Positions 28,372-37,526 of a DNA stretch of 64,000 nt are shown piece after piece. A model generated the notes under the pieces. It worked only from the letters and a program-made list of their open reading frames with translations. It made no database searches and was not told where the DNA came from. Source of the DNA: an uncultured virus (IMG/VR IMGVR_UViG_3300009551_000011) (taxonomy: Duplodnaviria; Heunggongvirae; Uroviricota; Caudoviricetes); IMG/VR virus record IMGVR_UViG_3300009551_000011, one strand, 5' to 3'. The position numbers were made by a program, and so were the translations under genes. The stretch's first letter is position 1. Each line of letters begins with the position of its first letter.

Positions 28372-28590
28372 TTTGGTCCCTTTTCTTGGCAGAGAATCGG
28401 GACCGCAACCTAAAACGCGGAAGTCAATTTGAGCGTGAAACTTGATTTTTGTATGGAGCTGAGGGGATTCGAACCCCTGACCTCCGCGATGCGAACAAGG
28501 ATTTTGAATCCGTGCTCGAATCGATCACATTCACGCTCAAATGACTTTGCTGAACGGTCCCATTTTTGATTAACGCGGAGCTTAGTTGAG
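28350..28590. repeat. direct and inverted repeats flanking the att core (arm-type sites)
   Basis: AACGCGGAGCT(G/T)AGTTGAG at 28350 and 28572; AAGTCA(A)TTTGAGCGTGAA at 28421 and its inverse at 28530-28547. Confidence 0.75.
28454..28496 (-). other. attP core: 3' 43 nt of tRNA-Ala(CGC)
   Basis: GTTCGCAT-CGCGG-AGGTC-AGGGG-TTCGAAT-CCCCT-CAGCTCC-A; U70 Ala determinant; 5' half absent; adjacent to int. Confidence 0.88.
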
Positions 28591-28607
28591 GTGGCTGGTT
28601 TTTGGAC

Positions 28608-29018
28608 TTACAAATCTAATCTGGTTTGCGACCGCTCGGCCATGTACTTATCAACCATGCTTTCCATCAGCACTGCCGCATAATGGGCATCGTCGCCCGT
28701 GCGCGGCCAATCGTGGATATACCAGGGCGGATCCGTCTGGTAAAGAATCACGTGCGCTAGTTCATGCGCCATGCGCCGATGTCGGATGATCGGATTCGGA
28801 TGATGCTCGATTCGGATTACCTTCCGCTTGTGGCAAGTCCCAGACTCCCCTTCATCGCCGATCCACATGTCGTATTTGTAATGGCGGGCTACGAATTCAT
28901 ATTCCTGATCGCTGCGCGGCCATATCCAGTGGTTGACCCGTCGCAGCCTGCGAGTACACACGCGAACGACTGATTCATAGTGCCTGACGCATATAAGATT
29001 GGTTGGTACGATTCCCAT
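28608..29018 (-). CDS. ImmA/IrrE-like metallopeptidase
   Basis: R...AHELAH zinc motif; lies between int and the repressor. Confidence 0.7.
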   Translation of the reverse strand: MGIVPTNLICVRHYESVVRVCTRRLRRVNHWIWPRSDQEYEFVARHYKYDMWIGDEGESGTCHKRKVIRIEHHPNPIIRHRRMAHELAHVILYQTDPPWYIHDWPRTGDDAHYAAVLMESMVDKYMAERSQTRLDL

Positions 29019-29108
29019 ACCGAGTCACTCGCTGGACGATGTGGTTTCGGTAGTGGTAAAAGCGGGTTAAGTTTGGTATGATGAACGGTAATAGGAGGAT
29101 CTCCTTCC

Positions 29109-29366
29109 ATGCCTGGGATTAATAGCATTCGCGATCTCTCGCCCGGCGATCTCTACACCCAAACTGGACGCGATGTTTACGAATTGGTGGCTATATGCGA
29201 GCGGCCAACACTAGTGATGCGCAACATCGTTACCGGGGACGAAATCCGGGGTGCTTATGATGGCCCCAACTTTGGAAAGATGATTAGGCTGATTCCTTCC
29301 GAAGCAGTTACGGCACAACCGCTTGGTTGTGTGGATCATACACAAGAGTCAGGAGGCGCTCCGTAA
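29109..29366 (+). CDS. hypothetical protein
   Basis: AGGAGG RBS. Confidence 0.5.
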   Translation: MPGINSIRDLSPGDLYTQTGRDVYELVAICERPTLVMRNIVTGDEIRGAYDGPNFGKMIRLIPSEAVTAQPLGCVDHTQESGGAP

Positions 29367-29895
29367 ACATGGCTGTATCCTTCGCCCTGTCCTGATCTGG
29401 AGGATCGATTTCGTGGGCGCATTTATTGGCATTTTGTCGAATTTTGTCAACCCAAGGCTTCATCGCAGGTGTAATGAATCCGGCTGTTGTAAGTGCGTCT
29501 ATACAGGCGGCGAAAGTATCGCCGGCCTTTGCTCCAGCCTTATCCACCGCTGCATGCATCAACAACGTTCGACACGACAATTCGGCCGACGTGAACGCTC
29601 CAATACCTATGCATCGCCTGACCTCTTGATATAAAAGTTCTACGGTGGGCGGTAGGTTTACAACTGGACTCCCAAAGGTCACTGGCGGCCAGATCGTGCC
29701 ATCTGATCTGATGGCCACGGGCTCAGCGCAACCAGGGCATATCAGCCATTTTCCGTGCGAATGTGGGTAATAAGCGATTAGCGGCGAACTTACTTTGCCG
29801 CAGTCGGGACAATTAAACTCAACCCAATCCTTCTTGGTGTGAATGCTGAAGAACTGAAAATCTGCATATCCTCGAAACTGTCCTTTTGCCAACAA
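29308..29895 (-). CDS. DUF4145/HEPN-like protein with N-terminal Zn ribbon
   Basis: CPDC/CPGC; LYQEVRRC..GAFT..L.CR.LL; IRQNANKCAH (RxxxNxxAH). Confidence 0.75.
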   Translation of the reverse strand: MLAKGQFRGYADFQFFSIHTKKDWVEFNCPDCGKVSSPLIAYYPHSHGKWLICPGCAEPVAIRSDGTIWPPVTFGSPVVNLPPTVELLYQEVRRCIGIGAFTSAELSCRTLLMHAAVDKAGAKAGDTFAACIDALTTAGFITPAMKPWVDKIRQNANKCAHEIDPPDQDRAKDTAMFTERLLTLVYDPHNQAVVP

Positions 29896-30041
29896 CCACC
29901 TCCCTATTCGCGGTCCTCATCCCACTCATCCCAAAACAGAATCCGGTAATCAAACTGCTGCGGCAGACTCCATGCCACCAATGAAAAGTTAAACTCTGCC
30001 GGCCAGCTGGTACGCCACCTACTTGCCATCGTCAAGTCTCC

Positions 30042-30530
30042 TCATTTCGGATCAGGATTGTGATCCACGAATACAGGGCGAATTTCGATCTTCTCAACGA
30101 CGCCTAGTACGTCAGGGAAAATGAACCCTTCATCCGGGCCCGGCTTATGCGTTTCGCCTGGCTGCACAGGTTTGTCGTCCCAGTAAATAGCATAATCTTT
30201 GGCACTCATCTCGTTCTTGTTACCCGCAGCGTCATAACCCGTGATATCCGCGCTCACATGGAAAATGGGCTGTTTACTGATGTTTTTCCAAACGATTTTT
30301 GCTTGACGCGCAGGTTTGCCATTGCTTGCCATTGTGAAGGGCGCCGGCTTGACAGAGATGATTTCAACCTCTTGTTCCGCAGGTATTCCGCTCTCGACCC
30401 TCGGAGGCGGAGGCTTGAATGCTTCGGCGTTGTTGGTGGAATTCGTAGGTGCATTACTGCTGGAATCGGCACACCCTGCCGCGAACACGACAATGGGTAA
30501 TAGAGCGACAGCAATCGATCTACTTCTCAT
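30042..30530 (-). CDS. lipoprotein, possibly superinfection exclusion
   Basis: signal peptide with AAGC lipobox; Ig-like body; downstream of the repressor. Confidence 0.65.
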   Translation of the reverse strand: MRSRSIAVALLPIVVFAAGCADSSSNAPTNSTNNAEAFKPPPPRVESGIPAEQEVEIISVKPAPFTMASNGKPARQAKIVWKNISKQPIFHVSADITGYDAAGNKNEMSAKDYAIYWDDKPVQPGETHKPGPDEGFIFPDVLGVVEKIEIRPVFVDHNPDPK

Positions 30531-31200
30531 CGCCAACTCCTGGCCTCGGCACAAACTTGCTCGCCTTCCGCTTCTTTATCTCTTCGGCAGCCTCATCCAG
30601 CGATTCGGCGGTCTTCGCGTCGGGCTCGCCTTTGTACGCGGCCAAGTGTTCGTAATCTTCCTCTTGCTTATCCGGATCGAAAGTGATTCCGCGGATCGGA
30701 CGCTTGTTGCCGGGGTTCTGGCCGCCTTCCACTACGCGCAGAGGCGCCTTTCCTTGATTGCGGCTCGACTTGATCTGAATCAAGAGTCCGATTTCCTCCT
30801 GATCGTCTTCTGGCAGAGACTCGAACTGCTCGACCCACCTGCGAAAATGGGGGCTTACCGGAGCATCTTCGTCATTGAGAACATGCGAACTCTCTTCAGT
30901 CCAGATAGGCTCTTTAATTGAATAGGGGGTTTGAGCATAAATCGATCTCAGCAACTCCCTGTCATGGTCAAAGGCTAAGTTGAGGTTCAACCCTGTGATG
31001 TACTTTTCAACCGTCCTTACAGACGGAATCGGAGGCAACCCGTTGGAGCGCTTTGGCTCGTCAGCCTCGGCCCTGGACCATTGGCTGGCTTGCACTCCAG
31101 CCGCCTCCGCGCAAGCTACTACGCTTAACCGTTTGGATTCTCTCGCTCTTCTGAGGGCTTCCCCAAACGTCATGATGTGATTCCTTATGAGTGTTTGCAT
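30520..31200 (-). CDS. CI-like XRE repressor
   Basis: FGEALRRARE..LS...AEAAGV..SQWSRAE HTH; divergent from the cro-like gene. Confidence 0.8.
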   Translation of the reverse strand: MQTLIRNHIMTFGEALRRARESKRLSVVACAEAAGVQASQWSRAEADEPKRSNGLPPIPSVRTVEKYITGLNLNLAFDHDRELLRSIYAQTPYSIKEPIWTEESSHVLNDEDAPVSPHFRRWVEQFESLPEDDQEEIGLLIQIKSSRNQGKAPLRVVEGGQNPGNKRPIRGITFDPDKQEEDYEHLAAYKGEPDAKTAESLDEAAEEIKKRKASKFVPRPGVGDEK

Positions 31201-31222
31201 AGTCGAATATCACTACGGTTCA

Positions 31223-31642
31223 TAACAGAAATGTTACTGTGATTTAACACACAAAGCAAGATATGAATTCGTAACAATAATTAACACGTTTGTATTGATT
31301 TTCCGTAGCAAACATGTTACTATTTGGCATGAGCACACAAACCGAAACCCTATCAAACGGCGCAACACCGCAAGGCTCGCACCCCAACGGGATACGCGGG
31401 ATGCGCTTGCTGTTCGGCTACTCAATAGCTGAACTTGCCAGACACGTCGAACTAAAAGCCTCTGCAATCTCCCGATGTGAGGCACGAGGGATCGGAATTG
31501 GCCCCCGCAACTGGAAAAAGCTGGCCGATCACTTTGGTGTCGAAACGTGGGAACTGCACGATCCTAACCTCGCAGAAAAAAAATCGCATCAATTTGTCGA
31601 AAATCGTAACAAATCTGTTGCAATTCCATAACAAACGTGTTA
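31223..31642. promoter_or_regulatory. operator set TAACA-N4-TGTTA overlapping two rightward promoters
   Basis: copies at 31223, 31282, 31306, 31607 and 31629; promoters TTGATT-17-TACTAT (31295-31323) and TTGCAA-17-TATCAT (31618-31646). Confidence 0.75.
31329..31631 (+). CDS. Cro-like XRE regulator (leaderless)
   Basis: IR.MR...GYSIAELA....SAISRCE..KLADHFGV; ATG 5 nt after the -10 box. Confidence 0.75.
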   Translation: MSTQTETLSNGATPQGSHPNGIRGMRLLFGYSIAELARHVELKASAISRCEARGIGIGPRNWKKLADHFGVETWELHDPNLAEKKSHQFVENRNKSVAIP

Positions 31643-31685
31643 TCATCCTTCTGTAGTTGACCAAACGAACTCAGGAGGCGGCGCG

Positions 31686-31907
31686 ATGCGAGACTATCCC
31701 GAAGAGTACGACCAATCCCACTTTTGCCAGAACTGCTGGAAGCAGGGACGGGAAACGCTTCTGGACTTTGAAGGTGTTGAATGCGACGACTGCAAAGCCG
31801 CCCGCTTAGCCAGTGAAGCTGAATGGTCCGCCATCCGCAAAGAGTTCAAGCGAAATTCTCAGAGGTCAGTCAGGAAGTTCAACCGACGCATCGCAGCGAC
31901 GGCATAG
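31686..31907 (+). CDS. small Cys-rich hypothetical protein
   Basis: AGGAGG RBS; two CxxC motifs. Confidence 0.55.
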   Translation: MRDYPEEYDQSHFCQNCWKQGRETLLDFEGVECDDCKAARLASEAEWSAIRKEFKRNSQRSVRKFNRRIAATA

Positions 31908-32085
31908 CACTTAAGCAGTAGCGGGGAGCAAGGAAGAGGGACATGTTGAGATTTTTTGAGCGGTTAATGGTCGAGACGGCGTTGCGGCTCAACACTTACC
32001 AGCGCCGCCGCGAGAGTCGCAGGTTGGCACTCAGTATGGCGCGGCTGTATCAGATTGATTCCGACTGGCTTCGGCTGGCACCGCG

Positions 32086-32373
32086 ATGAGCCAAGACGAT
32101 TTCCCCGCCCGAACTGCACGCATCAAGGCGGGATTCAAAAGTGCAGCCGATTTGAGCCGGGTTATCCCCTACTCTGCGGCGCACATCCGCAACGTGGAGC
32201 GAGATGGCAGTCTCCTCACCGAGCGGTTTATGAAGCATTTCTGCAACGCCTGTAATTGCGGATCGGACGTGCTTCTATTTCGATCAGGGACCGTGACCCA
32301 GCGGAAGGGTCAAAAACGAGCAAGGAGACGGGCGGCTAATCGTCGCCCTACTCCGACTAAGGTTTCGAGATGA
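32086..32373 (+). CDS. XRE-like HTH protein
   Basis: ARIKAGF.S.ADL...YS..HIRNVE. Confidence 0.6.
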   Translation: MSQDDFPARTARIKAGFKSAADLSRVIPYSAAHIRNVERDGSLLTERFMKHFCNACNCGSDVLLFRSGTVTQRKGQKRARRRAANRRPTPTKVSR

Positions 32374-32591
32374 ACGTACCATCCCAAAACGCCCTATACC
32401 GCTCCGCCATCACAGGCATCGTGATCCGGGTCACCAACGTGTACGACGACCCTGCCATAAGTGAGACGGTGTATGTCGGTGTTGATCTGGTTGCTCCTCT
32501 GGAGTCGGGCTGGCGGTTAGCACCTGTTATTAGCCTGCAGCAGTTGAACGAGTGGTTTGTGGCGGTGCCTGTGTTGGCGGAGGCGGCTTAG
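32370..32591 (+). CDS. hypothetical protein
   Basis: coupled ORF. Confidence 0.5.
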   Translation: MNVPSQNALYRSAITGIVIRVTNVYDDPAISETVYVGVDLVAPLESGWRLAPVISLQQLNEWFVAVPVLAEAA

Positions 32592-32810
32592 ATGGCAGAG
32601 ACAAGATTCAGCAAGACAGCGCACTGCTGGTATTCGCAGAAGGCTGCAGATGCACAGGGCACCGCTCTGTACCAAATGGAGGACGGCTCCACAAAGCATG
32701 TGACTGCTGTTTACGAATCCGAGGAATCCGGAAAACGGAATTACCAGTGGGACGACAGGCAGTACCTCGGAATTGGGACTTATGTCGGCCAAGGGATGGC
32801 ACGGACATGA
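32592..32810 (+). CDS. hypothetical protein
   Basis: coupled ORF with GGAGG RBS. Confidence 0.5.
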   Translation: MAETRFSKTAHCWYSQKAADAQGTALYQMEDGSTKHVTAVYESEESGKRNYQWDDRQYLGIGTYVGQGMART

Positions 32811-33184
32811 ACCAGCCATCACTCGAATTCGAGACTGAGTATCAACCCAAATACCTTGCTTACTGCGCGGCCAACGGAAACACGCCGGAGCAGCAGTTAA
32901 AGGCAGACGCGAACGCTTACCCTGGCGGCAAGATGTGCGGATTCATTCTGTGGGTCACCCGCCAGTCACCTATTTCCGAAACGGAAACACCTTGAGGGTT
33001 TGATGATGAGCCTTACAACAGTCGAATTAGCCCAATCCTACGGCGACTACTGCGCCTCATGTGTTCGCAGCGGCATAGGCATCATAGCCTTTGCGGATTA
33101 GCCGTGGTTGCGGGAGACGGGCGCATTGGTGGTCTCTTCGACATGGACGCAGATCGGTGATGAGCGAAAGGTTCCGGTGGTTTC

Positions 33185-33934
33185 ATGAGCCATACACTTG
33201 AAAGCAAAATCTATCACGCGTTAAAAGAGCAGTTTCCTGGAGACTTTGCGTGGGCAGCGGGCGCGCAAACTGCAACTAAGATTGCCGAGGCTCACTATGC
33301 CAAGTCAGAGCCAGATCATGGCAACTTCAGGCTTGACGAACATATTGATCCTGCACTACTTGACCCTCTAGTTGAATCTTACATGCTTGACCGTGACGAG
33401 CGCGGCGCACAGATGGCCAACTTGCCGTCCTTCAGCGAGTGGTACGCGATGGCCTCGGATCCGAATGCACACCAAAAGATCGCGGAGCCGGATTGGTTCA
33501 AAGCGGCAGTCAGAACTGACGGCTGCGATTGGGAATGCATTCACTGCGGGGCTGGCTATCATATGCAGCCGGTTACGGAAACCTGCTCTGTTATAGACTG
33601 CCCAATGAACCTTTTACGGCCAACCGCCTCCATGGCCCAGCCGGTAGAGGGTGAGGTGGCTAAGCCTTCCGCTACTGATGGTGAGCGATGGTACCCCGAC
33701 ACAGGAGACCTTGCCGCGTTCGCGCGTCCGTATTCCAGGCATCCAGATGGATGGGAGCTAGCGGCACAGGAAGGGCTTACCAAGCGTGAGGCGTTCGCCA
33801 AGGCGGCTATGCAGGGAATTATCGCTGCGCAGTCAGGATTTATGATTGATGGCATCCCCGTTCTCCAATACCATGCCTGTGCCAGGGAATCTGTCAAGTA
33901 CGCCGATGCTTTACTTGAGGTTCTATCCAAATGA
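33185..33934 (+). CDS. mosaic phage hypothetical protein
   Basis: C-terminal GLTKREAFAKAAMQG..YADALL motif common in phage early proteins. Confidence 0.65.
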   Translation: MSHTLESKIYHALKEQFPGDFAWAAGAQTATKIAEAHYAKSEPDHGNFRLDEHIDPALLDPLVESYMLDRDERGAQMANLPSFSEWYAMASDPNAHQKIAEPDWFKAAVRTDGCDWECIHCGAGYHMQPVTETCSVIDCPMNLLRPTASMAQPVEGEVAKPSATDGERWYPDTGDLAAFARPYSRHPDGWELAAQEGLTKREAFAKAAMQGIIAAQSGFMIDGIPVLQYHACARESVKYADALLEVLSK

Positions 33935-34052
33935 GCCACATCTTCAAGTCCGACCCCGTTACCGGCGATCTCATTCACGATGGGCTCATCCGGCAAGGCT
34001 GTGATTGTCGAGTCTGCGTGGCCCGCGTCGTAATCGCTGAGGCAGAAGGCCG

Positions 34053-34382
34053 ATGAGCACCTACGACTACTGGCGCGAAGCCGTCGAAATCGGATTGGAG
34101 GAGATTGACGTCCGCCTGACACCCGATCAGGTTGAATCGCTTTCGCGATCGGTGGAGCATTCCCACGAAATGTATGGCATGGCAACCGGGCGAGACTGCA
34201 TCCCTAATCCGATGGTCACGGAAATCAATGAGCAGAAGCGGCTGCATAAGGCGGAGGTTGAGATAACTGACCGCCAGCATTCAGAAGCGATCAAGGAGCT
34301 GCGAGACGAGAACTGCCGGCTTAGATGCCGCCTTCAGGACATGGGCCGAGAGTTGCAGGAGGCAAAGCGTAATGTTCGTTGA
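34053..34382 (+). CDS. hypothetical protein
   Basis: ORF with coiled-coil C-terminus. Confidence 0.6.
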   Translation: MSTYDYWREAVEIGLEEIDVRLTPDQVESLSRSVEHSHEMYGMATGRDCIPNPMVTEINEQKRLHKAEVEITDRQHSEAIKELRDENCRLRCRLQDMGRELQEAKRNVR

Positions 34383-34572
34383 CTACTCCGACTGCGCCGC
34401 CACCGCCAACGATGAGGCCATCCGCGACCGCAACCAGATAGAAGGCCGCGCCTGCCATGTTTGCCCGACCGGGGTCACGGAGCCCGGTGAAGAGATATGC
34501 CCGGATTGTACGGCGGACGAGACCGCCGATATCACACACGAGATAATGGAGGCCTTAAAAGATGCCGCGTAG
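34372..34572 (+). CDS. small Zn-finger-like protein
   Basis: two CxxC motifs; RBS. Confidence 0.5.
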   Translation: MFVDYSDCAATANDEAIRDRNQIEGRACHVCPTGVTEPGEEICPDCTADETADITHEIMEALKDAA

Positions 34573-35021
34573 ATCGAACAAAGCCAATCAACAGCCCCCC
34601 CCTGCCTGCCGAAGAATTCAAAGCGCCTGCATGGTGGGAGAAGATCAAGCCATTTGCCAAGGCTTATGTTCAGGCTCGAAACACACGCCAAGAAGCAACG
34701 GAAGCCGAAGTGTCCGCCAAAGACCTTCTGATGTTTAACTTGCGGTTCTTCAATGGCGAGGTTCTGCCTATGGGTAAGTACGACTTCGACGGCGTTTGCA
34801 TTGAGCTATCGGCGGAAAAGATCAAGATGCGTGTTCAGGTTGAGGAGGAGCCAGCCAAGGAATCCGATCCCAACCAGACCGTGATTGACGGCACCGTTCA
34901 CCCTGAGGACGAGGAAGAAGGCGACGGCCCAACCGGTGACCTTTCGCCTCTCGCTCAAAGCCTTCAGGACATCAAGGACCGCGTAGACGCTAATTTGGCC
35001 GACGACGGAGACGCGGCCTAA
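34562..35021 (+). pseudogene. acidic hypothetical protein apparently frameshifted at a C8 run
   Basis: RBS and ATG at 34562 are out of frame with the long ORF; removing one C at 34595-34602 fuses them. Confidence 0.5.
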
Positions 35022-35213
35022 CCACTTTCCGGGCGGATCATCAAACTACACAAGCCGTGATATTGGTGGCTTTACACCGCCCGGAATTCAACTTACAGGC
35101 AGCCCGCGAAACCGGTTCGTGGGAGCGCTCCGGCCAATACGTGAGGTGCGTTGTGGAAGTCAGAGTGTTCATGATTCACCTGCCTGGGATTACTTTGTTT
35201 GGGAGAAGATGCG

Positions 35214-36548
35214 ATGACTGCATTAACCGAAAGACCAAAGACCGAAAAGGCGCCTGTCCGCTTACTCTCCATCACAGCGGAGAACGTCAAGCGACTGCAT
35301 ACCGTTTTTATTGAGTTCGGCCCGGGTGTCACTGTTATCGGTGGCAAGAATGGAGCAGGCAAAAGCTCCACGATTGACGCGATATCCTATGCCATTGGCG
35401 GCGAGAAACTGATCTGCGAGCGCCCTATTCGCGATGGCGAGTTAGAGGCATTCGTCCGGTTGGACATGGGCGAGTACATCGTTACCCGGACATGGAAGCG
35501 CGACACGGTAGACGGTCCGGTGCGAACGAACCTGATCGTTGCTAATCCAGAAGGCGCGAAGTATCAAGCACAGCAGACACTCCTGAACAGCTTCTATTGT
35601 TCGTTCACGTTCGACCCGCTGGAGTTTTCCCGCCAAGACCCAAAGAAGCAGCTCGAAACGCTAAAGGCGCTTGTCGGTTTGGACCTCTCCGAATTGGACC
35701 GGGAGCGGGCAGCACTTTACGAGGAACGGACGCTTACCGGGCGTGACCTGACAGCGAAGAAGGGACAACTCACTTCCTGCGTTTTCCATGAGGATGCGCC
35801 GGCGGAAGAGGTGGATGTTCAAGCCCTCCAAGATAGACTCGCCGCGGCTTACGAGCATAACGGCGAGTATGACCGGTTCGCTGCAAGAATAGACGCGATG
35901 CGCACAGAGACAGAGCGGCGCAAGAACCATGTCGAGAATTACAAGGCTCAGATCAAGGAAACAGAGCGGCAGTTGCAGTTGCTTCGGGACGCATGCAAAG
36001 ACGCCACCACAGATTACGAAAACGCTGTAAGGCAAACCGAAGAGGCAATTGGCAAACAGGGCACGATGGAGCGCAAAGACACCTCCGCCATTGCCGCCCA
36101 ATTGACAGCCGCCCGCGACATCAATGCCAGGGTGCGAGACAACGCCCAACGTACCCGGGTTCAGTCCGAAGTGGACAAGATGAATGCCAGGTACGAAGAG
36201 TTCACCGCCAAGATCAACGGCGTAGAAGAGCGCAAGCGGCAGGCATTGGCCGCAGTCACCTTCCCGGTAGAGGGCTTGTCGTTCGATGAAACCGGCGTCC
36301 TCTTTAACGGAATTCCCTTCTCGCAGGCATCCTCCGCAGAATCACTTCGGGTTAGTGTGGCGATGGGCGCGGCAATGTCACCCAGGTTCCGAACGATGTT
36401 CGTCAAGGATGGCAGCCTGTTAGATACCGATTCAATGCGGCTTATGGCCGAACTCGCTGCGGAGCATGACTTCCAGATTCTAATGGAAAGAGTCGGAACG
36501 GGCGAAGAGGTCAATGTTGTGATTGAGGAAGGGTTGGTGGCGGCATGA
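35214..36548 (+). CDS. SMC/Rad50-like AAA ATPase
   Basis: Walker A GKNGAGKSS; coiled coil; SQASSAE signature; DGSLLD. Confidence 0.85.
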   Translation: MTALTERPKTEKAPVRLLSITAENVKRLHTVFIEFGPGVTVIGGKNGAGKSSTIDAISYAIGGEKLICERPIRDGELEAFVRLDMGEYIVTRTWKRDTVDGPVRTNLIVANPEGAKYQAQQTLLNSFYCSFTFDPLEFSRQDPKKQLETLKALVGLDLSELDRERAALYEERTLTGRDLTAKKGQLTSCVFHEDAPAEEVDVQALQDRLAAAYEHNGEYDRFAARIDAMRTETERRKNHVENYKAQIKETERQLQLLRDACKDATTDYENAVRQTEEAIGKQGTMERKDTSAIAAQLTAARDINARVRDNAQRTRVQSEVDKMNARYEEFTAKINGVEERKRQALAAVTFPVEGLSFDETGVLFNGIPFSQASSAESLRVSVAMGAAMSPRFRTMFVKDGSLLDTDSMRLMAELAAEHDFQILMERVGTGEEVNVVIEEGLVAA

Positions 36549-37522
36549 CCGCCCTACTTACCGAGCGCGAACAGTTCCTGAAAGAGCGGCAGACGCGTAT
36601 CGGCGGCACGGACATCGCCGCCCTCCTTCAGGTTCATCCGAATCGCGGGCCGGTACAGGTGTATCTCGAGAAGATTGGCAAGGCCAAGGCGGTTGAACCA
36701 AATGACCAAATGAAGCGGGGCACACGTGCCGAGCCTTATCTTGCCCAAACCTACACAGAATTGACCGGCAGGGAATTGGCGAAGTGTCCGACATATCGAC
36801 ACCCTGAATACCCTGAGTGCGGCGTAAGTCCCGATTACATGACGTCCGATGAAGCACTTTTGGTTGAGATCAAGTCGCACGAGTTCTTTGTTTCAAACCA
36901 GTACGGCGAATCTGGGTCGGATGTGTTTCCGCAGCACGAAGAAGCCCAATGTATGTGGGAAATGCACATCACGGGGATTCATCAGTGCGAGCTATTCGTC
37001 GGGTTTAGCTGGAGCGACTTGCGTACTTATCCGATTCGCTACGACCGCGAAGTTGCGCTCGGCATGGAGGAGGTTGCCCGCAAGTTCTGGCGCGATAATG
37101 TCCTCGCTGGTGTTGAGCCGGATATCACAGGCCTTGCAGCCGACACTGCCTACCTAAAAGAGCGAATGCGCAAGGATTCCGGCGCTACCATCAAGGCCGA
37201 TTACCAGACGGAATTGTTAATTCTAGAGCTTCGTGAAGCCATCACCAACTTCAATATTGCTGAGATGGAGAAAGAACGCCTCTCCAACTCAATCAAGAAG
37301 TTTATGCAAGACAACCAGAACGCCGCGATTTTACAGTGGAGCGGTGGCAAGCCAATCACATACAAGACAGACCGCGATTCGGTGGCCGAAACCTGCGACA
37401 CGGCAATGCTTAAAGCTAAGGCCCCTGAGATTTACAAGCAGTTGAAAGAACTCGGAATCATTGCAGATAGGGTGACGCGAAAAGGCGCCCGCAAACTCTG
37501 CCCAAACTTCCCAAAGGAATAG
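36545..37522 (+). CDS. YqaJ-like recombination exonuclease
   Basis: IGGTDIAA, G...EP, SPD, EIK and Q..W.M motifs. Confidence 0.88.
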   Translation: MTALLTEREQFLKERQTRIGGTDIAALLQVHPNRGPVQVYLEKIGKAKAVEPNDQMKRGTRAEPYLAQTYTELTGRELAKCPTYRHPEYPECGVSPDYMTSDEALLVEIKSHEFFVSNQYGESGSDVFPQHEEAQCMWEMHITGIHQCELFVGFSWSDLRTYPIRYDREVALGMEEVARKFWRDNVLAGVEPDITGLAADTAYLKERMRKDSGATIKADYQTELLILELREAITNFNIAEMEKERLSNSIKKFMQDNQNAAILQWSGGKPITYKTDRDSVAETCDTAMLKAKAPEIYKQLKELGIIADRVTRKGARKLCPNFPKE

Positions 37523-37526
37523 ACCG

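Noticed and set aside
28454..28496. Functional tRNA-Ala gene
   Set aside because: Only the 3' half is present (no D-arm or 5' acceptor strand); it is better explained as attP
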